A DNA stretch of 60,535 bases from an uncultured Candidatus Saccharibacteria bacterium (GTDB taxonomy: Bacteria > Patescibacteriota > Minisyncoccia > Phycocordibacterales > Phycocordibacteraceae), in assembly GCA_964651935.1 (NCBI GenBank), contig CAZYZM010000001.1, positions 1-60,535 of the forward strand. The letters run 5' to 3'. Shown piece by piece: positions 8,483-16,512 of the stretch (position 1 is the stretch's first letter; each line of letters starts with the position of its first letter). Under the pieces are notes generated by a model. The model did no database searches, had not been told where the DNA came from, and worked only from the letters and a program-made list of their open reading frames with translations. The position numbers and the translations under genes are program-made.

Positions 8483-9331
8483 TTAAATTGTTAGCTTTCG
8501 CTTCACTATATCAAGGACTTCCTTCGGGTAGGAAATCCAGTATTCAGGGGATTCTATGGACGTAGGCAGGAGCCGTGAGATGAGCGGGCGATATCCGAAG
8601 GTTTCTTCAACGAACTCGCAGGCAGGGCGCAGGATCTCCGTCACGAACCGGCGTTCATGCGTGTCGTCGACCTGGTAGTCCTCGAACAGGACGCCATGCA
8701 CGAGAAAGAGCGCGAGAAACTTCTTGTAGTGCTCGAGCAGGTCGCCGCGATGATGCCGGTCTATCCATTCCGCGTCCTCCCGCACCTCGACGCGGCCATC
8801 GACGAACTGCGTCAGCAGCTCGCCATGGAAGCCTGCCAGTGATTGCCCCCAGAGGGTGCGTATAGAACCGATCTGCTTTCCATTCGCCGTATTGAAATCA
8901 ATAACTGATATCTTCTGATACCGTTCCCTGTATGCTCCGTCCTTCTGAGCTATGCCTAGGCAGATAGGGAGCTTCCCGAGCGCTTTCTTGAGCGGGTTAT
9001 GCGACACAAATTTGTCTTTCGTGTCCTGCCCGATGACGATCTTCATGCCGCTCGCCTCAGCAAGGTGCACGAAGCGGAGCGTCTCGTAATTCGGCGTGGC
9101 GATATGCCGTGCGAGGTACAGCACCGGCTGGTCCATGAAATACGGGGGCAGGTCCCCGTCCAGGAACTCTTCGACGCGGGCTCGCAGGTCCGTATCCTCG
9201 GACCTGCGCCTGATTTCCTCGATCACGTCCGGATACGGCGTCAGGAGATCGTCCACGAGCGGCGCCAGCGAGCGGGTGCGGGCGAAGAACGGCCGGAACA
9301 CTTTGTACGTCTGGCTACGTAGCCAATTCAT
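8483..9331 (-). CDS. hypothetical protein (no recognised domain)
   Basis: 282-aa soluble-looking ORF packed between speH (53-nt gap) and the DMT transporter (6-nt gap). Confidence 0.65.
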   Translation of the reverse strand: MNWLRSQTYKVFRPFFARTRSLAPLVDDLLTPYPDVIEEIRRRSEDTDLRARVEEFLDGDLPPYFMDQPVLYLARHIATPNYETLRFVHLAEASGMKIVIGQDTKDKFVSHNPLKKALGKLPICLGIAQKDGAYRERYQKISVIDFNTANGKQIGSIRTLWGQSLAGFHGELLTQFVDGRVEVREDAEWIDRHHRGDLLEHYKKFLALFLVHGVLFEDYQVDDTHERRFVTEILRPACEFVEETFGYRPLISRLLPTSIESPEYWISYPKEVLDIVKRKLTI

Positions 9332-9384
9332 GGAGATATATACATACTACCACTTCCCTATGGCGAACGCAGGAACGGTATTGC

Positions 9385-9771
9385 CTACACAAGATTATGC
9401 TCTGGGTATCGGGTACCGCGCTTCACGAAGTGCGTCTCGATGTCTTCCAGTTTGAACCGCTCCTTGAAGAAGCCTGTTATCTTCTCCGTGTCTATCCCAT
9501 TCTGGCACGTGTATACGTCGGCACTCACGAAGCGGCGCTTCGGGAAGGTGTGGATGCTGATATGGCTCTCGGCGATGATGACGAAGCCGCTCCAGCCGCC
9601 CGGATCCTTTATCTGGTTATCCGCAGCCGATATGACTTCCGGGCCGAGAAGCGCGTGCATGCCGAGAGTCGACACGAGGTCGGTGAGGCACGACCGGACT
9701 GCTTCCTCGCTGTCGAGGGCGGCAGGGTCTCCCCCGTATCCGTCAATGGTCACGTGTTCTCCAAAATGCAT
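9385..9771 (-). CDS. speH: S-adenosylmethionine decarboxylase proenzyme, small bacterial class (pyruvoyl enzyme)
   Basis: 128 aa. Self-processing/active-site block FVIIAESHISIHTFP and the downstream DVYTC, as in SpeD/SpeH-type AdoMetDC. Confidence 0.85.
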   Translation of the reverse strand: MHFGEHVTIDGYGGDPAALDSEEAVRSCLTDLVSTLGMHALLGPEVISAADNQIKDPGGWSGFVIIAESHISIHTFPKRRFVSADVYTCQNGIDTEKITGFFKERFKLEDIETHFVKRGTRYPEHNLV

Positions 9772-9838
9772 AGCAGTGAGCGATGATTGGCAATAAGTTC
9801 ACTATAGCAATCATGAGGCGGGTGGTGGAGTTTATTCA

Positions 9839-10330
9839 CTATGCTTGCTTATTAAGCTCTTCTATGGCTTTTTTTTGCTTGCCAATACTAAGAACACCGT
9901 ACTTCTCCCTCTCTACATCGGATATGGAGAGGTCAGTCTTATATAACTTCCATTTTGCATTTTTTCCTGCCTTATAGAATTGTGTGCCGAATTTTTGCGG
10001 TTCGTCCTTTCTCATTAATAATCTATCTGTGCTAGCAGCATATAACCAACCAGCCTTCTTAAGGCCTTTATTAAAACTTAGGAGAGCATATCTTTTCGCA
10101 TGTTCAGAATCTGAAATTGTTACGCCATGATGAAAGATCCACGCGATATAATATAAAGATTTTGAAGACAATCTATTTATATCGCTTCCAACATCAGCAA
10201 GGATATCTTTAATAATTTTTCTCCTTTCCTTATCATGTTTAATGATAACTTCTGGCACTTTTGTACTGGATGACCTCTCTTTAAGGTCCTCCTTATAGAG
10301 AGAGGCTATTTTGCGCTCGAATTCCTTCAT
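9839..10330 (-). CDS. hypothetical Lys-rich protein on the AT-rich islet
   Basis: 163-aa ORF in sequence hand-counted at about 30% GC per 60-nt line. No recognised motif. Confidence 0.6.
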   Translation of the reverse strand: MKEFERKIASLYKEDLKERSSSTKVPEVIIKHDKERRKIIKDILADVGSDINRLSSKSLYYIAWIFHHGVTISDSEHAKRYALLSFNKGLKKAGWLYAASTDRLLMRKDEPQKFGTQFYKAGKNAKWKLYKTDLSISDVEREKYGVLSIGKQKKAIEELNKQA

Positions 10331-10346
10331 CTGAAATATTCTACCA

Positions 10347-10376
10347 AATTAAAAAGGCAGTCTGTATAGACTGCCT
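10347..10376 (-). terminator. intrinsic terminator after the ATP-grasp gene
   Basis: AGGCAGTC-TGTATA-GACTGCCT: an 8-bp stem followed on the minus strand by TTTTTAATT, 5 nt after the stop codon. Confidence 0.8.
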
Positions 10377-10380
10377 CTAG

Positions 10381-11325
10381 TTAAGTCGTAAGTAACTTTG
10401 CCATGGCCCTGGCGAGCGGGTAATTAGTACAAGCTTCAATCCAGGCCCATTGACCATTAGCATTGATTTCAAGGAAGGTATACCCTTCGTCGTTCTTGAT
10501 GAGATCAATTGCTCCAAATTTCAAACCAAATCTCTCTACAATCTCGATGCACTTAGCTTCGATTGCTTCCGGTAAATTGTAGGCAGTGTGCCCTATAATT
10601 CCGTCATCGTAGTGCCTCCAATCAATGCATGTTTTTGCGTTGACTTGGGAATCAATTTTCGCTGAGAAAGCAGATTTTCCGATGACCGTGACCCTTACCT
10701 CATATAATTTCTTTATACAAGGCTGGAATATCCCCGGAGCAAGTCGAAATTCGTCCGAGTAAGAAGAATCTAACAAAGCAGTATCTAATATCTGCGTATA
10801 GATTACCTCACCACTATCTCTGCTTATTTCACCACTGTTCAGAGCTTTATAAACGAGGCCGTCTGAGCCAAACTTGCCATTGAATGCTCTTACCTCATCT
10901 TGAGAATTCGTCATCAGTGTGGGAGGAATGGTAAGCCCAATTTCCTGAGCCACTTTTAACTGTGCTAACTTATTGGAAGCAACTTCAATTGCTTCTGGAT
11001 TACTGACCCATCGAGCATTTCTCATTGAGACCCACAGATTCTTTAAAAAGCTTTTCCATTCGGAATGGACAAAGCTCTCATACTCAGAATCAATGGGTAA
11101 ATCGGGAATGGATCTTCTCCGCAAGTAAACTGCGGAAATATTATTTGTGTCCATGCGCCGTCTTGATGCAATATGAAGCAGCTCCGCACCATCCAGCGTA
11201 AGAGCTATTTCATACTCATATATCGCTTCAGTATTGAGGCGAAAGAACGGCACCCCTAACTTCTCTAATTCCATGGCCACGAGATCAGCATGAACATCAT
11301 CTTTCCTCGTTACTATAAGGATCAT
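10381..11325 (-). CDS. ATP-grasp ribosomal-peptide maturase (MdnB/MdnC, MvdC/MvdD-like graspetide macrocyclase)
   Basis: Start chosen at MILIVTRKDD (ATG 11325), preceded by GGAGGG; the ORF track starts at 11337. Blocks SAVYLRR, NKLAQLKVAQEIGLTIPPT, YEVRVTVIGKSAFSAKIDSQ..IDWR and FGAIDLIKNDEGYTFLEINANGQW follow the microviridin-type ATP-grasp layout as I remember it. Confidence 0.75.
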   Translation of the reverse strand: MILIVTRKDDVHADLVAMELEKLGVPFFRLNTEAIYEYEIALTLDGAELLHIASRRRMDTNNISAVYLRRRSIPDLPIDSEYESFVHSEWKSFLKNLWVSMRNARWVSNPEAIEVASNKLAQLKVAQEIGLTIPPTLMTNSQDEVRAFNGKFGSDGLVYKALNSGEISRDSGEVIYTQILDTALLDSSYSDEFRLAPGIFQPCIKKLYEVRVTVIGKSAFSAKIDSQVNAKTCIDWRHYDDGIIGHTAYNLPEAIEAKCIEIVERFGLKFGAIDLIKNDEGYTFLEINANGQWAWIEACTNYPLARAMAKLLTT

Positions 11326-11356
11326 AGCGCCCTCCATATTGAACTTCTTAAGAATA

Positions 11357-11384
11357 GAGGCGGATTCAGTAATGAATCCGCCTC
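11357..11384 (-). promoter_or_regulatory. perfect 11-bp stem-loop between precursor and maturase (candidate attenuator or partial terminator)
   Basis: GAGGCGGATTC-AGTAAT-GAATCCGCCTC, read directly. It sits 3 nt after the precursor stop codon. Confidence 0.6.
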
Positions 11385-11387
11385 ACT

Positions 11388-11570
11388 TTAATGCGCCTCG
11401 TCGCCGACCTGGTCCCCTCTCGGGGTATATACCGTAGTTGGTGACATATACATCGGATTCACGAGATCCTGTGGATCTCGCAATGACCTTTGCATATCAT
11501 CCGAGTAAGTTAGAGGCGGAGTTGGTACCTCATACCTCTTCTCGGATAGGCGCGCAGCTAAAGGACCCAT
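11388..11570 (-). CDS. candidate graspetide precursor peptide (60 aa)
   Basis: GGAGAG sits 5 nt upstream of the ATG, and a consensus promoter lies upstream. The C-terminal SPTTVYTPRGDQVGDEAH is rich in Thr/Ser donors and Asp/Glu acceptors. It lies immediately upstream of the ATP-grasp gene. Confidence 0.6.
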   Translation of the reverse strand: MGPLAARLSEKRYEVPTPPLTYSDDMQRSLRDPQDLVNPMYMSPTTVYTPRGDQVGDEAH

Positions 11571-11615
11571 TACTTCTCTCCTTAGACTGCGTGGAGGCCG
11601 ATTCCTCCGTGAGGA

Positions 11616-11644
11616 ATATTAACTATAGAATAGTAGATTGTCAA
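11616..11644 (-). promoter_or_regulatory. near-consensus sigma70-type promoter for the precursor gene
   Basis: The minus strand reads TTGACA-atctactattctatagt-TAATAT (17-nt spacer). The -10 element ends about 45 nt upstream of the ATG at 11570. Confidence 0.65.
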
Positions 11645-11664
11645 GTATTCGTCATTAGCATCTC

Positions 11665-13455
11665 TTAGGTATCGGCCTGAAAACTCCCCGCCTGGATGCT
11701 CCACAGCTTGTGGTAGAGGCCGCCCTGCTGGCTCAAGAGCTCGGCGTGGGTGCCCTGCGCCGCGATAGCGCCGTTCTCGATGACGACGATGCGATCCATG
11801 GTCATGATGGTGGAAAGGCGGTGCGCGATGACGATGACGGTCTTACCTTCCATAAGCGTCCTGAGCGCCTCCTGGATGAGGTGCTCGCTCTCTGAATCGA
11901 GCGCGCTCGTCGCCTCGTCGAGGATGAGTATCGGCGCGTCCTTGAGGATGGCGCGGGCGATGGCGACGCGCTGGCGCTCGCCGCCCGAGAGCTTTACGCC
12001 GCGCTCGCCCACGTGCGTGCCGTACCCTTCCGGAAGCTGCGAGATGAACTCGTGGCAGCGCGCCTTCTTGGCGGCTTCCATGACCTCCTCGTCGGTCGCG
12101 TCTTGGCGCCCGTAGCGGATGTTGTCCATGAGCGAGCGATGGAAGAGTATCGGGTCCTGCGGCACGAAGGCGATGCTCCGGCGCAGCGAATCCTGCGTGA
12201 CCGAGCGGATGTCCTGCCCGTCGATGACGATGCTGCCGCTCGTAACGTCATAGAGGCGCAGGAGGAGCTTGGTGATGGTCGACTTGCCGGCGCCCGACGG
12301 CCCGACGAGCGCGACCTTCTCATGCGGCGCGATAGCGAGATTGAAATCAGCGAGCACTGCGCTTTCCTCGGTGAACGTGAAGGTAACGTCGCGGAGACCT
12401 ATCGCGCCCTTCTGAACAGCAAGCTCCGTGGCGTCGTACGCATCCTCGACCTCGACCGGCGTGTTGATGACGACGATCATCTCATAGGCATCTGCGAATG
12501 CCTGGTACAGCCGCCGGAAGCTGTTGCCGAGATTCCATACGCGGTCCATGAGGCCGATAACGTACACCTGGATGAGCAGGAAGTCGCCGACGGATATGGC
12601 TCCCCGCTCCCAGAGGAACACGCCGCCGCCCAGCAGGCCGACCTCGATGAGTATCGCGAAGAGGCCCTGGATCGCGAATATGATCTCGTCCGCGTTCCAC
12701 GAGCGGAGTATCGCCTTCTTCCAAGCGCTCACCGCCGTGCGATAGAGCGAGCGCTCCCACCCTGCCGAAGCGAACATCTGCACGGTCGAGTGGTTCGATA
12801 CCGCGTCAGAGAGCAGCCCGCCCACCTTGCTGTCCGCTTCCGCCGCCGCGATGCGGAGCGGCTGGCGGATGCGCGCCATGACTACCTGCAGGGATATGAA
12901 TACGACCATCCACACCAGAAGCGCGAGCGCGAGGAGCGGGCTGCGCTGGCCGAGGACGTACATGACGCCGACCGCGAAGATGAAGGTGGAGAAGAAGCCG
13001 AAGACGATGACATCGAATATCTGCTCGAATGCGCGCGCATAGCGGTTCACCCGCCGGGTCAGCGTGCCGGTGAAATTGGAGATGAAGAACGAGTGCCCGT
13101 GCCGAAAGAGGTTCTCGAAGGCGTTGTCGGAAAGGTCTTCCATCACCTTCGCCTCAAGGGCCTGGTGCGAGAACATCTGGATGCGGCGGCCAGTCCAGCC
13201 GACGAGATTCATGAGCGCGAACATCCCTATGAGGAAGAACGCGGCATGCGCTATCGGCGTACCCGGGTCTGCTTCTGAAAGCAGGTCGATGAAGCGCTGT
13301 ATGTACAGCGGGGCGCCGATGGCCCCTGCTTGGATGATGATCGCGCCGATGAACGGGAGGGTCAGGAGGAAAGGGTGCTTCCTCAAGACCTGCGCGTATG
13401 CGGTGAGGACAGCCCTGACATCGGTCTTCTTTGCCTTCGTAGGCGCCGGGCTCAT
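11665..13455 (-). CDS. ABC exporter, fused permease/ATPase (MsbA/type I exporter-like)
   Basis: 596 aa with six N-terminal helices. Walker A GPSGAGKST, signature LSGGERQR, Walker B ILILDEATSALD. Confidence 0.9.
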   Translation of the reverse strand: MSPAPTKAKKTDVRAVLTAYAQVLRKHPFLLTLPFIGAIIIQAGAIGAPLYIQRFIDLLSEADPGTPIAHAAFFLIGMFALMNLVGWTGRRIQMFSHQALEAKVMEDLSDNAFENLFRHGHSFFISNFTGTLTRRVNRYARAFEQIFDVIVFGFFSTFIFAVGVMYVLGQRSPLLALALLVWMVVFISLQVVMARIRQPLRIAAAEADSKVGGLLSDAVSNHSTVQMFASAGWERSLYRTAVSAWKKAILRSWNADEIIFAIQGLFAILIEVGLLGGGVFLWERGAISVGDFLLIQVYVIGLMDRVWNLGNSFRRLYQAFADAYEMIVVINTPVEVEDAYDATELAVQKGAIGLRDVTFTFTEESAVLADFNLAIAPHEKVALVGPSGAGKSTITKLLLRLYDVTSGSIVIDGQDIRSVTQDSLRRSIAFVPQDPILFHRSLMDNIRYGRQDATDEEVMEAAKKARCHEFISQLPEGYGTHVGERGVKLSGGERQRVAIARAILKDAPILILDEATSALDSESEHLIQEALRTLMEGKTVIVIAHRLSTIMTMDRIVVIENGAIAAQGTHAELLSQQGGLYHKLWSIQAGSFQADT

Positions 13456-13515
13456 GGAAGCTCAGTGTACCACGGCCCCGCCGCCGCGCTGTTTTTCTGG
13501 TAGAGTACCTTCTAT

Positions 13516-14106
13516 ATGGACCTCGAAGAGCTTGCCGGCATAGAGCCGGAGTCGCTAGAAACGGAACATGCCGTCTACGAGCTCTTCAAGTGGAGCGTCA
13601 TCCTGAAAGGACTCATCTCGCTGGCCGAGGTGCTGGCCGCGCTCGTGCTCATCCTGGTACCGGAACGGCATATCGTCGCGCTGGTGCAGGCCGCCGCCGC
13701 ATGGCTGTCGGCCCATCTGGGCGCTGCGCCCCTGGCCGGGCACGTTATCGCGGAACTTACCGCCTTCAGCGGCGGCGCGGTGCTCTTCGTCGCCTTTTTC
13801 CTTTTCTCGCGCGGGCTCATCAAGTGCTTCCTCATCTGGGCGCTGCTGCGCAACATCCTCTGGGCGTACCCTGCTTCGCTCGCCGTCATGGGCGCGCTCG
13901 TGCTGTACCAGCTTTACGAGATATTCCTGACCGGCTCGGTCTTCATCATCGGAATCACGGCCTTCGACCTCGTCGTCATCTACTTCATCTGGCGCGAGTG
14001 GCGCATCGTGCTGCGGCATTCGCGCGAACGCCTACGCGCGCCGGTCTTCGCGGCGTCGCGCGGCGAGGAAGAGAAGGAGCGCGAGCAGGAGCAGCGCGAT
14101 ACCTAA
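13516..14106 (+). CDS. DUF2127-like membrane protein
   Basis: 196 aa with 4 hydrophobic helices. The N-terminal YELFKWSVILKGLISLAEVLAAL resembles DUF2127 proteins. The 3' end overlaps the convergent gene by 75 nt. Confidence 0.55.
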   Translation: MDLEELAGIEPESLETEHAVYELFKWSVILKGLISLAEVLAALVLILVPERHIVALVQAAAAWLSAHLGAAPLAGHVIAELTAFSGGAVLFVAFFLFSRGLIKCFLIWALLRNILWAYPASLAVMGALVLYQLYEIFLTGSVFIIGITAFDLVVIYFIWREWRIVLRHSRERLRAPVFAASRGEEEKEREQEQRDT

Positions 14107-16512
14107 GAGGTACGGCCAGGAGAGTGAGAGCAGTCCTGCGGCGGCGGCCTGGTCGCCCGCTTCAGCGGCATGAGCGACGGCTACGCCCGGGAATACCGCT
14201 CCCAGGACGCTGCCCGCGTCTGACGAGCCGTCGGAGCCCGAGCGCGTCATGCTTTCGAGGGCCTCGCCCGTCTGCCCTGCATCCGGCTCGTCTCCGATAA
14301 GGATGACCCTCCCGTTGCCTGCGAAGGTTCCCAGCCGGTTCCCGGCTTCGTCATATACGACCGTAGAGAGCATATAGGTGCCGTGCGGCGCGTCCGCGCC
14401 GAACGACAGGTCGTATGCCAGCGCCACGCCCTCTCCGGAGGAGATGCTGCCGACATCCCATACCTCTTCATGCGCGAGCGTCCCGTCAGGAGCGGAAAGG
14501 ACGTCATGGACGACGATCGGAACCGACGCAGTGCCGTAGTCGTTGACTATCGTGAGGCCCTGGTGGACGGGCGCGCTGCCGTCCGAAGTAACGGTTTCGG
14601 CTGCGCGTTCGACCGAGAGATACGCGAAGGCCGCCGCGCCATTGCCGTCATCGTCGCCGGGCGCCGTGTCTTCACCGTCGTCCTCATCGTCATGATGGTG
14701 CGATTGCGGATGCGGCACGGAGACGGTCGCGGTATCGGTATTGTCGTCATCGTTCGCGTCGGTCTCATGCTCGGTAACCGTGACCGTATTCGTGATGTCC
14801 GTACCCGGCGGCGCGTCAAAGACGGTGCCTTCGTAGGAAACCTCTACCGCGCCGCCGGGCGGTATCGTGCCGAGCTCCCACACGGTGTTCCCGTCTGAAT
14901 CGGCGGCATGCGCCGATGAGGAGTCCCCGACCCGGATATGGTCCTGGTCATAGTCGTCGATGAGCGTTACGTCCGTGGCAGGAGAATCCCCGTTATTTAT
15001 GACGGTGTACGTATAGGTAACGGTATCCCCGTCGCCGACGTCGCTCGGCACGGAGACCTGCTCTCCTACCCAGAGGTCCGGCCGGCCGAAGGCGATGTTT
15101 CCGGTGAAGTCGCCGAATATGTTGATGATCGCCATGATCCAGTTCTTGCCGACGACGTTGGTGTTCGCGATGTTCATCACGTTCGCGCTCGCGAGCGCGT
15201 CGCCCGTGGTTATGAGCGTGGAATGCGCGGCATCGACCTTGTTCTGTCCGGTCAGCGCGAGGACGTCTACCTGGTTGTCGATGTTCGCCGTCGAGGATGC
15301 GCTCACCTGCGTCATGGACTGCGTGCCGCTTCCCGACCCGCCGGCATCGAAGAGCGCGATGGTGCCGTCCGGCCCGTGCGTCCATTGGAGGCCTTCGGGC
15401 GCGCCGAACACCTCTCCGGCCCAGTCGCCCTGCACGCGAAAGAGGATGGATACTGTCGAGCCGCCCAGCATGTCGGTATTTATCTGATTGAAGACGCTGC
15501 CGCGCGACGCGCTCTCGCCGGTCTGTACGGTGCTGGAAGCGGTGCCGCTCACCTCGTTCCCGCCCGATTCGGCATCCGCGTTCACGTCGTTCTGGATATC
15601 CGCGCTGCCGGCGCTCGTAAAGACGCCGGGCGCGAGATTGTTCGCCAAGGAAGAAAGGAAGTTGCTCAGGCTCGGGAAGACGATGTCGCCGTCCACGCCC
15701 TGGAAGGCGTTCATGGTGACGAGGAGGTAGTCGGAGTCGACGATATTCGTATTCGCCAGGTTGATGAGGTTGAGGCCCGCGTACGCGTCGCCCGTGGCGA
15801 TGACCGCATCGCCGGCGTTCTCTATGAGGTTTCCGCCCGAGGTCGCGTTCAGCACGACGGCATTGTGTATGTCCCCTTCGCCCTCGAGATTCACCGATAC
15901 GCCGTCCGTTCCTGCGCAGGCGAAGAGCGCGCATGCGGCGCCCGTAGAGGACGCGCTGCCCAGCGCGCGGAGGTCGATCGTGCCCGTTACCGGATCGACA
16001 TAGTTGAGCATGAGCGCATTGCCGCTCGAGTTCACGAGATTGGTATTCACGATGTTGAGGATGTTGGCGAGCGCGACCGCTGTGCCGGATTCGATGACCG
16101 GGCCGCTGCTGGTCGCGGTCTCACTCGTCGAGGTCGCCTGCGTGGAAGACGCTGCTGCAGGCTCGTCAGGAGCGGCAGGCGGAAGCGGCGTGTCGGGAGT
16201 GGATGATGCGGTGTCGGAAGTCGGCGCGTCTTCTGCAGCGGCCGTGCTGGTCGCGGCCTGCGTCGTGGTGCCGGTGAGCTCGATATCGGGAAGGTCCGGG
16301 GTAGACGATGCGGCCGCATCTGCAGGCGTGCTGCTCGCCACAGCGATATCTTCGTTATCAGTGCCTTCCGCGGCAGGCGTGCTCGACGCTGCGGATACAG
16401 CCGCTTCAGGCTCTTCGGCATACGCGACGCGAGCGCCGGACAGCGCCAGAGGCTCCAGGACGAGCACGCCTGCGAGCGCGACGGCGAATATATTCTTCAG
16501 GGAGGGGTGCAT
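14032..16512 (-). CDS. large secreted, C-terminally membrane-anchored surface protein with 4 internal repeats and a DUF11-like domain
   Basis: 826 aa. Signal peptide MHPSLKNIFAVALAGVLVLEPLALSGARVAYA, followed by Ser/Thr/Ala/Pro-rich linkers. There are four copies of a TG(D/E)AxA..N..NTN..module and a TVTYTYTVINNGDSPATDVTLID (DUF11-type) segment. The C-terminus has a hydrophobic helix plus RRREDRRA. Confidence 0.8.
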   Translation of the reverse strand: MHPSLKNIFAVALAGVLVLEPLALSGARVAYAEEPEAAVSAASSTPAAEGTDNEDIAVASSTPADAAASSTPDLPDIELTGTTTQAATSTAAAEDAPTSDTASSTPDTPLPPAAPDEPAAASSTQATSTSETATSSGPVIESGTAVALANILNIVNTNLVNSSGNALMLNYVDPVTGTIDLRALGSASSTGAACALFACAGTDGVSVNLEGEGDIHNAVVLNATSGGNLIENAGDAVIATGDAYAGLNLINLANTNIVDSDYLLVTMNAFQGVDGDIVFPSLSNFLSSLANNLAPGVFTSAGSADIQNDVNADAESGGNEVSGTASSTVQTGESASRGSVFNQINTDMLGGSTVSILFRVQGDWAGEVFGAPEGLQWTHGPDGTIALFDAGGSGSGTQSMTQVSASSTANIDNQVDVLALTGQNKVDAAHSTLITTGDALASANVMNIANTNVVGKNWIMAIINIFGDFTGNIAFGRPDLWVGEQVSVPSDVGDGDTVTYTYTVINNGDSPATDVTLIDDYDQDHIRVGDSSSAHAADSDGNTVWELGTIPPGGAVEVSYEGTVFDAPPGTDITNTVTVTEHETDANDDDNTDTATVSVPHPQSHHHDDEDDGEDTAPGDDDGNGAAAFAYLSVERAAETVTSDGSAPVHQGLTIVNDYGTASVPIVVHDVLSAPDGTLAHEEVWDVGSISSGEGVALAYDLSFGADAPHGTYMLSTVVYDEAGNRLGTFAGNGRVILIGDEPDAGQTGEALESMTRSGSDGSSDAGSVLGAVFPGVAVAHAAEAGDQAAAAGLLSLSWPYLLGIALLLLALLLFLAARRREDRRA

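Noticed and set aside
9772-11664. Flanking direct repeats (att-like) for the AT-rich islet
   Set aside because: Only a 7-mer (ACTATAG) is shared between the two borders, which is not significant. No integrase or transposase is present, so no mobile-element call was made.
11438-11668. 76-aa plus-strand ORF over the precursor-peptide region
   Set aside because: It is antisense to the 60-aa ORF, which has a consensus promoter and RBS. It has no RBS or promoter of its own and runs across the minus-strand promoter.
12013-13278. 421-aa plus-strand ORF
   Set aside because: It is antisense to the ABC exporter, whose Walker A/B and signature motifs are on the minus strand. Shadow ORF.
14032-14106. 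75-nt convergent overlap between the DUF2127 gene and the 826-aa surface-protein gene
   Set aside because: This is probably just a long, poorly constrained C-terminal tail of the DUF2127 ORF in GC-rich sequence. It cannot be resolved without expression data and is not treated as a finding.
14938-16206. 422-aa plus-strand ORF and 313-aa alternative-frame minus ORF (14993..15934)
   Set aside because: Both lie inside the 826-aa surface-protein gene, which has a signal peptide and structured repeats. Both are Arg-rich with no motifs.
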